The position numbers were made by a program, and so were the translations under genes. From an uncultured bacterium (GTDB lineage Bacteria; Acidobacteriota; Polarisedimenticolia; CBDVAL01), in contig CBDVAL010000001.1 of NCBI GenBank assembly GCA_965371955.1, forward strand, positions 1 through 53,084: a stretch of 53,084 nucleotides of DNA. Direction: 5' to 3'. How positions within the stretch are numbered: position 1 is the stretch's first letter; every line of letters begins with the position of its first letter. The notes beneath the pieces are model-generated. The model saw only the letters and a program-made list of their open reading frames with translations. It ran no database searches and was not told where the DNA came from. Below are positions 16,541 through 26,800 of this stretch, piece by piece.

Positions 16541-18937
16541 TCAGCGTGTCGTCGGTGTTGGGTTCCCACCGCCATCCGCGGTGGCGGAGTCGGATTGGCC
16601 CGAAGACTCGCCGGGTCCGGAGAGGCCGTGCTGTTCCCGCAGTTCTGCTGCCCAGTTGCGGGCCTTCTCGGCTTCGGCGGGGCGCCCCAATCCGTCCAGC
16701 AACTCGGCGTTCTCGGCTAGGGTCTTCACCAGCGACCTAGCATCATCCGGGTCCTCTGGGTCTAGGTTCTTTTCGTCGATGGCGCGAGCGCGCTGGTAGA
16801 AGGCGTAGCTCTGTTCGCCGTTTCCGAGTTTCATGTGGGTTTCAGCGAGGCATGAGAACGCGATGCTGATGTTGTCGTCGTCGGCATCGTAGATTCTTTC
16901 CCACGCACTCAGCATCTTCGAGAAGCTGTCAAGGGCTTCTTCATAGGATGACGATTGTAACTGGACATCGCCGAGAGTGAAGTAGCCAAAGCCAACGCTG
17001 GCAGGCTTCGGTTCGGACTGGTTCAGCCTTATCTCCAGCGATTGCTCGGCATAGGATATTGCGGCCTCATACTCACCCGATTTGGTCATCGTGCCTGCCA
17101 TGCTGCTTAGCGTCCTGGCCACCTTCATACTATTGGGCCCAAGAAGTCGCCTGCGCACTTCGAGCACGAACTCGAGCATCTTGCGCGCGTCATCGGGGCG
17201 TCCTGAAAGCCGGTAGGCGTCGGCGATATTCTTGCGTATGTTCAAGCCATCAAGGCTCTCCTCTCCATGAAGGGCCACTTCGATTGCCAGCATTTGCTCG
17301 AACACCTCTATGGCACGCTGATAATCCTGTCTCTTGTTGTAAAGAATGCCAAGCTGATTCAGCGCACTGAAGACATGCCTGCTCTGCTCTCCGTAGGACA
17401 ATCGCAGTAGGGGAAGCGCCTGCTCGAGCAACGAGCTCGCCTCTGTATAAGCGCTCAGGCCGGAGTACGCCTTGGCCATGGCGAGCATGACGCGGCCTCT
17501 GGCGCCTGGTTGGTCCGGCAAGACGTTCTGAACTCTTGGAGACTTCTCGTCGAGCATGTCACGTAGCGTAATGGGTTCGCCGGTAGATTGCTCCGGGTTC
17601 GCTAGCTCGAAGACTTGCACGATGTAGTCCAATGCAGACTCGGAAGTCTTTGTCTCTTCTTCAGCCCGACGTTCCGCCGCTTTGGCTCGGACCATCTGGA
17701 ATGTCGTGCCGACAATCCCGATCACCAGCGCAACAAACACCGCGGCAATCGCAGCCACGCCCACCTTGTGTCGCTTGATGAACTTGCGCGTCCAGTACAC
17801 ACGGCTGATGGGCCGTGCCACCACCGGCTGGTTGGCCAGATACCGCCCCACATCCGCCGCCAGCTCCGACGCCGATGCGTAGCGGCGATCCTTCTCCTTC
17901 TCCAGCGCCTTCATGACGATCCAGTCGAGATCTCCGCGCAGCGCCCCGGCCAGCGAGCGGGTATCCGTCCGGCGCAGGGCGGCCACCTGGGCCGATGCAT
18001 CGTCCATGCGCTGCAACCGGGCGCTGGGCCGCAAGGGCTCCACCTCACGGATGGCCCGGAGGATGTCGGTGAACGGCTGGTCTTCCAGGGACTCGAACGG
18101 CAGGGTGCCGATGAGGAGCTTGTAGAGCACGAGGCCCAGTGAATACACATCGGTGCGGGTGTCGATGTGGGAGCCGGTCATGCTGGCCTGCTCAGGGCTC
18201 ATGTAGGCCAGGGTGCCGATGACCTGGCCCACCTCGGTGAGCATGGTGGCCTTGGCGTCGGTGGCCTTGGCGATGCCGAAGTCGATGATCTTGGGCAGAG
18301 GAGTGCCGTCGTCCTGCTCGGTGACCAGGATGTTGGACGGCTTGATGTCCCGGTGGATGATGCCCTTCTGGTGAGCGTGCTGGATGCCTTCACAGATCTG
18401 CACGAACAGTTCCAGGCGCTGTCGTGTGCTGAGGCGATGCTCGTCGCAGTACGTGGCCAGCGGGACGCCGTCCACGAACTCCATGACGAAGTACGGACGA
18501 CCGTCCTCGGAGGCGCCGGCGTCGTACACGTTGGCGATGGACGGGTGCCCCATCCTGGCCAGCGCCTGGCGCTCGGCGTGGAACCGGCTCACCATCTCAT
18601 GCGTGTCCATCCCCAGCTTGATGAGCTTGATGGCGACGGTGCGCTGCACCGGATGGTGCTGCTCCGCCTGGTAGACGACGCCCATGCCGCCTTTTCCCAC
18701 CGGGCGGATCAGCGTGTAGCCCTCGATCTCGTCCGGGGTGGAGTCGTCCATGGCACCGGCAAGGAAGGACTCCCTTGCGGGCTTGGTCATCTCCTCACCG
18801 AATAGCTTCTCCACCTCCGCCTGGACGGCGGGGTCGTCAGCGCATTCGTCCTGCAGCAGGACCTGCCGCTTCTCATCCGGGAGATCGACGGCGCGCGCGA
18901 AGATCTCCTGCACCCGGTCCCACTGCTTCTCGGTCAA
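16541..18937 (-). CDS. Transmembrane Ser/Thr protein kinase with C-terminal TPR-repeat domain
   Basis: Hanks kinase motifs: GKGGMGVVYQA, VAIK, HRDIKPSNILV, DFGIAKA, YMSPEQ. One TM helix (VGVAAIAAVFVALVIGIVGTTF), then about 8 TPR-like repeats. The apparent start codon is TTG at 18937. Confidence 0.9.
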   Translation of the reverse strand: MTEKQWDRVQEIFARAVDLPDEKRQVLLQDECADDPAVQAEVEKLFGEEMTKPARESFLAGAMDDSTPDEIEGYTLIRPVGKGGMGVVYQAEQHHPVQRTVAIKLIKLGMDTHEMVSRFHAERQALARMGHPSIANVYDAGASEDGRPYFVMEFVDGVPLATYCDEHRLSTRQRLELFVQICEGIQHAHQKGIIHRDIKPSNILVTEQDDGTPLPKIIDFGIAKATDAKATMLTEVGQVIGTLAYMSPEQASMTGSHIDTRTDVYSLGLVLYKLLIGTLPFESLEDQPFTDILRAIREVEPLRPSARLQRMDDASAQVAALRRTDTRSLAGALRGDLDWIVMKALEKEKDRRYASASELAADVGRYLANQPVVARPISRVYWTRKFIKRHKVGVAAIAAVFVALVIGIVGTTFQMVRAKAAERRAEEETKTSESALDYIVQVFELANPEQSTGEPITLRDMLDEKSPRVQNVLPDQPGARGRVMLAMAKAYSGLSAYTEASSLLEQALPLLRLSYGEQSRHVFSALNQLGILYNKRQDYQRAIEVFEQMLAIEVALHGEESLDGLNIRKNIADAYRLSGRPDDARKMLEFVLEVRRRLLGPNSMKVARTLSSMAGTMTKSGEYEAAISYAEQSLEIRLNQSEPKPASVGFGYFTLGDVQLQSSSYEEALDSFSKMLSAWERIYDADDDNISIAFSCLAETHMKLGNGEQSYAFYQRARAIDEKNLDPEDPDDARSLVKTLAENAELLDGLGRPAEAEKARNWAAELREQHGLSGPGESSGQSDSATADGGGNPTPTTR

Positions 18938-19087
18938 TGACTTGCTCAGGGCTTCCTCTCCTTCTGTTTGCCGGGAGCGGCGAACTTCCGGTCTGAATCG
19001 GCGGTTCGGGCCGGGACCTCCAGCAGATCGGCCGTCCCGATTCGCCCGCGACGAGCCATTGCGGCGTCGTTCTGTTTCGTTTTTTGA

Positions 19088-19116
19088 ACCCTACCGGGAA
19101 TCGCAGTGCCCGTCAA
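19088..19116 (-). promoter_or_regulatory. Candidate sigma70-type promoter for the kinase gene
   Basis: On the minus strand: TTGACG (19116-19111), 17-nt spacer, TAGGGT (19093-19088). Confidence 0.3.
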
Positions 19117-19207
19117 TGGATCCGCGGAGACGCTTGTTCCGGCCCTGAACTCGTGTAGGTCTCCGAGCCGGAACCGGAAGTGCTGTCCCTTCAATAAGTC
19201 CCGCAGG

Positions 19208-19237
19208 TTGCGCTGACCCCGTCGGTACCGTTATCTT
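19208..19237 (+). promoter_or_regulatory. Candidate sigma70-type promoter for the FAH-family gene
   Basis: TTGCGC (19208-19213), 18-nt spacer, TATCTT (19232-19237). GGAG lies 4 nt before ATG 19254. Confidence 0.25.
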
Positions 19238-19253
19238 ATTTGCCCGGAGCGCT

Positions 19254-20618
19254 ATGCGTCCTCTGGAGACTGCTTTGCGGCGAAGGACATCATCGGAAGA
19301 CGCCCCACAGGGGCGTGCGAGGTCGTCACGGGTGGTCTCTTCGATGGCAATCCTGCTGGCGGTGACCGCCTTGGCGTTGCTCCTGCTGGGCTCCACCCGC
19401 CTGTCGGTCAGCAACCCACGCTTCGACCGGGACCTGCCGGCCACCGAGGATGTTCGCCTGCCGGCTGTGGTGCGTTACCTCTCCTCCCTATCCGGACACC
19501 AGGGAACTGCGTGCTACGGCCTGGTGCTGACGGCACGCGCCGGCGTTCCGGAGCGCGTGCTGAACCTCACGGCGATCCGTCCCGAGTTGGGCTCCTCGTT
19601 CTTCACCTTTGTCGAGCACCAGGGCTTCGCCCTGGCGGACGAGATGTTCGAGACGGCCCCCGATCTGCGGCCCAAGGAGTACGCCGAGTCGGTGGCCGAG
19701 TCCGACCTTGCAGAGCGGATCCTTCCCCCCGTGGATGTCTCGCTGCGGGAGATCGAGGCCGGGGAGCGCTTCATCCTGAGCACCGGCTTCAACTACGATG
19801 AGCACCGGGAGGAGACTCACTGGAAGAGGCAAATCCTGGTGGCCAAGCTGGTCGAGCCCACCGGGGCATACCGGCCCGTCAGCATCGGCCTGGAGGACGG
19901 AACCGACGGCGGCCAGGGGCTGCTCCCCGACTATGAGGTGGAGATCGGATTCGTGCTGCTGGAGGACATCGACCTGAACGACCTCCCGGGCGACGAAGAT
20001 CTGCGCCATGCGCTGGCGTTCTTTCACGCCAACGATCTCTCCGACCGCTGGCCCATGATCCTCGAGGGCGATATCGGCTACACCAAGGGCAAGTCGCGCC
20101 CGTCGTATCTCCCCATCGGCCCATGGATGGTCCACGGAAGCCGGCTCAACTTGAAGACCCGCAGCGGTGGAAGCGAGGAGTTGCAGCTGCAGCTTCGGGT
20201 GGATGAGCCCGGCGCCTTCCGGGGCGGGGCATGGCGCCAGCAGGCCTCGTCCACCGCGATGATCCTCGGACCGCGGGAGATCCTGGCCAGGGTCACGGAG
20301 CTCTACGAGCAGAGCATGCGTCCCGATGCGGCAGGCACGATTCGCCCCATCGCGCGCCGGAAGAACGGCAAGCTGCTTCTGCCGGCGGGGAGTATCGTCC
20401 TCACCGGGACCCCCGGCGGCACCGCCATCCAAGCGCCGATGGGCCTGGACAAGGCGCGCCTGGCCGTGATGGCCGGGCTGTCCACGGCGCGCGCCCGACT
20501 GCTCTACGCCAAGCATTGCGTGGAGCACCGTGAGGAGATGGGCTTCCTCAAGGAAAGCGACACCGTGGAGAGCCGGATCCAGCACCTGGGCCACCAGCGC
20601 TGGAAAGTTCAGCGGTAG
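19254..20618 (+). CDS. Fumarylacetoacetate hydrolase (FAH) family protein with an N-terminal anchor and an extra domain of about 190 aa
   Basis: C-terminal FAH-fold motifs: DYEVEIGFVL, GSIVLTGTPGGTAI. The N-terminus contains the hydrophobic segment MAILLAVTALALLLLGS. The start could be 19254 or the Met at 19344. Confidence 0.7.
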   Translation: MRPLETALRRRTSSEDAPQGRARSSRVVSSMAILLAVTALALLLLGSTRLSVSNPRFDRDLPATEDVRLPAVVRYLSSLSGHQGTACYGLVLTARAGVPERVLNLTAIRPELGSSFFTFVEHQGFALADEMFETAPDLRPKEYAESVAESDLAERILPPVDVSLREIEAGERFILSTGFNYDEHREETHWKRQILVAKLVEPTGAYRPVSIGLEDGTDGGQGLLPDYEVEIGFVLLEDIDLNDLPGDEDLRHALAFFHANDLSDRWPMILEGDIGYTKGKSRPSYLPIGPWMVHGSRLNLKTRSGGSEELQLQLRVDEPGAFRGGAWRQQASSTAMILGPREILARVTELYEQSMRPDAAGTIRPIARRKNGKLLLPAGSIVLTGTPGGTAIQAPMGLDKARLAVMAGLSTARARLLYAKHCVEHREEMGFLKESDTVESRIQHLGHQRWKVQR

Positions 20619-20771
20619 CTCCCCCTCCGGAACACGGTCTCTGCCTCGAAGGATCGCGCCGCCTGGCGAATGAGCTCGCAGATCCTGGACCCGCAACCGA
20701 AAACCCATACAAACAAAGGGCTTTCATCCGAAGGAACCCTTTCTTCCATGGCGCGAAGGAACCTTTGAGAG

Positions 20772-20777
20772 TACTAT
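20772..20777 (+). promoter_or_regulatory. Candidate -10 box (TACTAT) upstream of the S8 mega-protein gene
   Basis: TACTAT matches 5 of 6 positions of TATAAT. The -35 is weak (TGGCGC at 17-nt spacing). It lies in the only AT-rich patch before the gene. Confidence 0.25.
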
Positions 20778-20835
20778 TGTGTCTGAATCAGGGGGAACCC
20801 GCCGGACGGCCGCCCGGCTGCTGAGGAGGGGGTTC

Positions 20836-23800
20836 ATGGTGCGCAGCCCCCATCGCGGGAGAAAGTGGTTGGCGTGGGCGGTGCTCATCATGGTCGCCGC
20901 CGCCTTGCTGGGAACGCCGGCGCTCGCGCCGGGCCCGCCGTCGAGTCCCGCGAACCACCCGCTGCCGCCGCACCGCCCCGGCGAAATCCTGATCAAGTTC
21001 CGCCACCAAGCATCCCCATCGCAGCGCCAGGCGATACGCACGGACCTGGGTGCCGGCACGAGACGGCAGCTCCTGCGCGGCATCGAGCACCTCAGGCTCG
21101 GCCGCGGGGTGAGTATCGAGGAAGCCCTGGAGCGCTACCGCCGTCACCCCCACGTTCTCTACGTCGAGCCCAACTACCTGATCCAGGTCGCGGTGCTCCC
21201 TGACGACGTGGAGTTCGACCGGCAATGGGGCCTGCACAATCGGGGCCAGACCGAGGGCACTCCCGGCGCGGACATCGGCGCGCAGGAGGGCTGGAACATC
21301 AGCACCGGGCGCCGCGACGTGCTGCTGGCGGTGGTGGACACGGGCATCGATTACACCCATCCAGACCTCGCCGACAACATCTGGCACAACCCGGGAGAGA
21401 TTCCCGGCAACGGACTGGACGACGACGGTAACGGCTTTGTCGATGATGTGCGCGGCTGGGACTTCGTGGCGAACGATGCCGACCCAATGGACGAGAACGG
21501 CCACGGTACGCACGTCTCCGGGATCGCCGGCGCGGCGGGCGACAACGGCGTGGGTGTTGCCGGCGTGGCCTGGAAGGTGAGCCTGGTCCCGTTACGCGCC
21601 CTCGATGCCAACGGGTTCGGCGACGTTGCAGACTCCATCGAGGCGTTCGCGTACGCCATCTCCATCGGCGTGCGCATCGTCAATAACTCCTGGGTGGCGC
21701 CGCACTCCCAGGCCCTGGAGGATGCGGTGCAGGCCACCGAGGATGCGGACGTGCTGATGGTGGCCGCGGCCGGGAACTTTGGTTTCGACCTGGAGGTGGA
21801 TCCGGTCTACCCTGCTTCCTTCCCCAACGACAATATCGTGGTGGTGACCACCAGCAATGACGACGATCGTCGCCCCTTCTTCGCCAGCATCGGGTCGGCG
21901 AGCGTGGACCTGGCGGCGCCCGGAGTCAACATCTTCAGCACTGTGCTCGGCGGCAGCTATGGTTTCAACAGCGGAACCTCCATGTCCACGCCCCACGTCT
22001 CCGGAGCGGCCGCGTTGTTGATGTCCGTGGCTCCCAACCTGCCGGCGTCCTCGGCGCGCAGGATTCTCGTGCAGACCGCCGAGCCCGCCGAGGCGTTCTC
22101 CGGGCTGACGGTGAGCAGCGGCACGGTGCACATCGGCAATGCTCTGTCCAGCCTGGACACCATGGCCCCGGGAGCCGTGGACGATCTATCGGTGGAGGAG
22201 AGCTTCAGCAACTCCCTGGCCATGAGCTGGACTGCCACCGGCGACGATGGGGAGCAGGGCGCCGCCCTCGCCTATGACCTGCGCATCGCCACGACACCCC
22301 TGGACGAGGCGACGTTTCTCACCGGGACAAGGATCCACGGCGTGCCGCCGCCCGGACAGGCCGGCTCCCGGGAGAGCTTCGAGATCCCCGATCTGCTGCA
22401 CGGCACCAGCTATCATGTGGCGCTGCGCGCCGAGGACGATTGGGGCAATGCCGGTCCGGTGAGCAACGTGGTGACGGCCACCACCCTTCCCGCGCCGTCG
22501 GCGTCGCTGACACCGATCACCTTCGAGGCTTCCCTGTTCACCGGCCAGTCGGTGGGCACGGTGATCACGCTCCACAATGCCGGCCCGGGCACTCTGGACT
22601 GGAGCATCCCCCCGCCTCACGTCATCGGCCCCACCGGTCTGGAGGTCGAGAACGTTGCCGGCGTCTTCCCCGCTGCCGGGAGATTGGCGGCGGGCTCCGC
22701 GCAGGAGATCACCGTCACGCTCGATGCTCTGGGCCTCGACGGCGGTCTCTACGACGGGACGGTGGAGATCGAGTCCAACGACCCTGCGCGCCCCCAGCTA
22801 CTCCATTCCTCGCAGCTCACCGTCATCGACGCGGCCGACATGAGGGTCCGGGGAGCGCAAGCCCTCCTGGAGTCCACGGCGCCGTACTTCTTCGGCGGCG
22901 GCCAGACGTCCCACGCCCTTCCCATCACGCTGCCGGTGGGGGGCGGCGGCACGCTGGAGCTGGCGGCCAACGGAAACTTCGGCCGCATCCACGAGCTCGC
23001 CACCCTGCACGTCGAGGGCCTGGTGCTGGGGCCGGTGGGCGGGCAGGGGATCGACTGCGCACCCACCACCGCCGGCTTCCCCCTCAGCCCGGACGAGTTG
23101 CAGGATCTGGTGGCGGACGGCGTGGTGGAGGTAGTTGTCCAGAACACCATCACGGTGGAGGTCCTGTGCAACATCAACGAGCACACCGTGCGTCTGCACT
23201 ACCGCGGGCCCTTCGACCATATCGACTTCGGCATGGTGCGTAGCGGCCAGGAACGCGAGATCCCCTTCGAGGTGGAGAACCGGGGCAGCCTGGACCTGAC
23301 CCTGCAGTTGCAACTCGATGGTTCCGGGTTCAGCATCCCCTGGACCGAGCGCACTGTGCCCGCAGGCAGCACGCTGGAGGTTCCCATCCTGTTCGCCCCC
23401 GGCGCCGCCGGGCCGGTCCAGGGTTCGCTGGTCCTCTCCGGTAACGACCCCGATACGCCCGAGTTCCTCACCACGCTGCAGGGCGTCGGAGAGGCTCCAC
23501 CGGTCCTGGAGATCAACCCCGAGTTGCTGGAGTCCACGCTGCAAGCAGGCGCCGGCGGTGCACACACCGTCACTCTGACCAACGCCGGGGGTGAGTCCAT
23601 GGACTTCTCCCTGGAGCTGCCTGCTGAGGCAAGCTTCCTCACCGCACAGCCGGAAGCCGGCATCATTGCCGCGGGCGCATCGCAGGATGTGACGGTGCTG
23701 CTGGACAGCTCGGGGCTGACCTCCGGGCTTCACAGCGCCGTCCTGGCGGTGCACACCAACGACCCGGACCGACCGGTGGCGGACATCGTGGTGAATCTCA

Positions 23801-26800
23801 CCGTCCTGGGCGGCCCTCGCCTGGTCACCTCCGGCGACCTGGACTTCGGCAGCGTTGTGGTGGGGGCCACTGCCGGACTGGCGCTGGCAGTGAGCAACCC
23901 GGGAAACGACCCGCTGGAGATCGCAGCGGTGGACAGCAGCCTGCCGGACGTGATCGCATCGCCGGCTTCGTTGGTGCTGATGCCGCAGGACTCCGCCACC
24001 ATCACGGTCCAGTTCACACCGTCCGGAACCGGCGCCATCGACGGGACGCTCACCGTCCTGAGCAACGACCCGGACTCACCGGCGACAGCGCTGGCCGTCT
24101 CCGGGTCGGGTCAGGAGGCGCCGTCCCTGCAAGTGGAGCCGGTGGAGATCCAGGCGACCTTGCTGGAGAACCGCAGCGAGAGCCGGGTGGTGACCCTGTC
24201 CAACGCGGGCACGGGCGAGCTCGCCTATGTGCTCACGTTGACGCCCGCTGAGCCGGCATTCGCCTCGCTGGATGTGTCCTCGGGCCTGGTGCCGCCTTCC
24301 TCATCGGCGAACGTAAGTGTCCTCCTGGACAGCACAGCTCTTGCTCCCGGCCCCTACGAGGCGGAGCTCCACGTGACCTCCAACGACCCCGCCACGCCTC
24401 TGCTCATCGTACCTGTCCGCCTGACGGTGGTGGGAACGCCGGACCTGTTCCTCCCCGGCGCGGCGCTGATGCTGGAGTCGCAGCGCGAGTTCTTCGACAC
24501 GAACGAGACCACCACGCATTCCCTCTCACTCACGGTGCCTCCGGCCGGCGAGGGCCTGGTGGAACTCACCGCCGATGGGGACTTCGGCGCCTCGTTCGAG
24601 ACCGCCACGGCGTCCGTCGACGGACAGCTTCTGGGCTCCGCTGGAGGCGCCGGGCAGGACTGCAGCGTCGCCGTGGCGAGCTTCACACTGGATGCCGACC
24701 GTCTGGCGGAACTGGCCGGGGACGGCGTGATCTCTTTCCAGGTGCAGAACTCCGATGAGGTGGCTCCGTTCTGCATCGCAAACCTGCACCGGGTACGGCT
24801 GAGCTACCGCTCCGCGCCGGATCGCCTGTCCTTCGACCCCACATTCGTGGGCGGCCGGCGGGACCAGCCCTTCGCCGTGGAGAACCGCGGCACGGCATCG
24901 CTGGAGGTGAGCCTCGGCACCGACACCCCGGACTTCACCCCATCGGCAGGCTCGCTGTCCATCGCTCCCGGGGAGACGCGCATGATCTCGGTGACGTTCG
25001 CACCCGGCAGCGCGGGACCGAAGAGCGGCAACCTGCTCCTGGACAGCAACGACCCGGACATGCCCCAGGTGCTGGTGCCGCTGCAGGGGATGGCAGAGCC
25101 GGCGCCCGTCCTGAGCGTGACGCCGCCGGCGCTGGACGTGATCCTGTCCGAGGGGGGCCAGAGCGTCGGCTCCCTGCAGCTATCCAATGACGGCGGCAAC
25201 CCGCTGGAGTTCTCCATCCGTCGGCAACTCCTGCCGCCGGTGTTCAGCCAGGGTGACCCCGATCATCCCACCCTGGGTGCAGTGGAGCGGACGTTCCAGC
25301 TGCTGAGCCCCAGCCCGGAGCCGCTTTCCTGCATCGTCGAGGATGACGCCCGCGGCCATCTCTACGGGCAGGCGCACCAGGGCGACACGTTCTACCGCTA
25401 TCTCGCCGTGGACGATGCCTGGGAACGTCTCACCACGGCACCCCTGAACGCCAGCGGCGGCTGCGGGGCGGCACTGCTGGACGATACCGTCTATACCGCC
25501 TATGGCTTCGACAGTTCCGCCCTGGGCGCGTACGACATCGAAGCGGGACGCTGGTCCATGGTGGACAATCCGCTCATCCTTCCTTCCGCCAACATCGCCA
25601 GCGACGGGGAACGATTCCTTTATATCGCCTCCGGCTCCCAGCTGCTGCGCATCGACCCGATCTCGGGCGAGAACACCCTACTGAGCAGACCTCCGTTCGC
25701 CTTCACGCGGCTGGGCGGCCTGCGGCACTCTGAAGGTATCCTCTATGGTCATCGCGGCAGCGGCCGGACCCAGGCGGCGAGCTACGATATCGCCGCCGAT
25801 CAGTGGGCCATCCTGCCGCAGCTCTCCGAGGGAGCGCTCCTGGGTGGCGCGTTCAACCCGGTGGATGAGGAGTACCTGGCCTACGGCCCGAACCAGGGGC
25901 AGAACCTGTACCGCTATTCGCTGCGCACCGGAGCCTGGGACGCCACCACCATCCCCTTCTTCTCCGTGGGTCACGGTGGCATGGGGTGGTTGACGCTGCC
26001 CGTGCCGGGCGTCTACTTCGTCGAGGGCCAGAACGGCACAGGGCTGGCGCGCTGGGTCACCGGCAGCCTGTTCGCCAGCGTCAGCCCGTCGTCGGGAATC
26101 ATCCCACCGGGAAGCTCGCAGAGTGTCGGCGTGACCTTCGACGGCACCGGCCTGGCTCCGGGCCTGCATCCCATGAATCTGCGCATCGCCAGCAACGACC
26201 CGTTGCGTCCCGAGACGGCGACACCGGCCGAACTCACCATCCTGGGCACACCGGAGCTCTCCTTCGTGCAACAGGCGCTGACGGTGGAGTCGGGCAAGCT
26301 GTACTTCACGGCCGGCGGGCGCACCGAGCACCACCTGACGCTGGATCTGGCGCCCATCGGCGGCGCCACGCTGGCCCTCACCCTGGAGGGCGACTTCGGC
26401 CAGGCCGGCGAGACGGCGACCCTGATGGTAGAAGGCCTGGACTTCGGCCCCACGCAGAGCGACGGCGGCGACTGTGCGCCGGTGACCGCGAGATTCGACC
26501 TCAGCGCCGGCAACCTGGCGGTGCTGGCGGCGGATGGCGTCCTCGACGCCGAGGTGCAGAACGCACCCGGCGTCGAGCTGCTGTGCCCGGTCAACCGCCA
26601 CACCTTGCGATTGTTCTACAACGGCAAGCCGGAGGTGGACTTCGGCAGCTCCTTCCTGGGCGTTGCGGTGGAGCGCTCTCTGACGCTGGCCAACACCGGC
26701 TCCGCCACCCTGGAGGCGCACGGACTGCACACCGACCGGACCGAGTTCTCGGTGACGCCGCAGGCTGTGACCTTGCCCCCGGGCGGCTCGTCCGAGATCT

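Noticed and set aside
18946-19194. 82-aa basic ORF directly upstream of the kinase (minus strand), considered as a possible small regulator or ECF-sigma remnant.
   Set aside because: It has no sigma-factor or other motif and weak GC3 bias. It overlaps the best promoter-like element for the kinase, so it is more likely 5' UTR or intergenic sequence.
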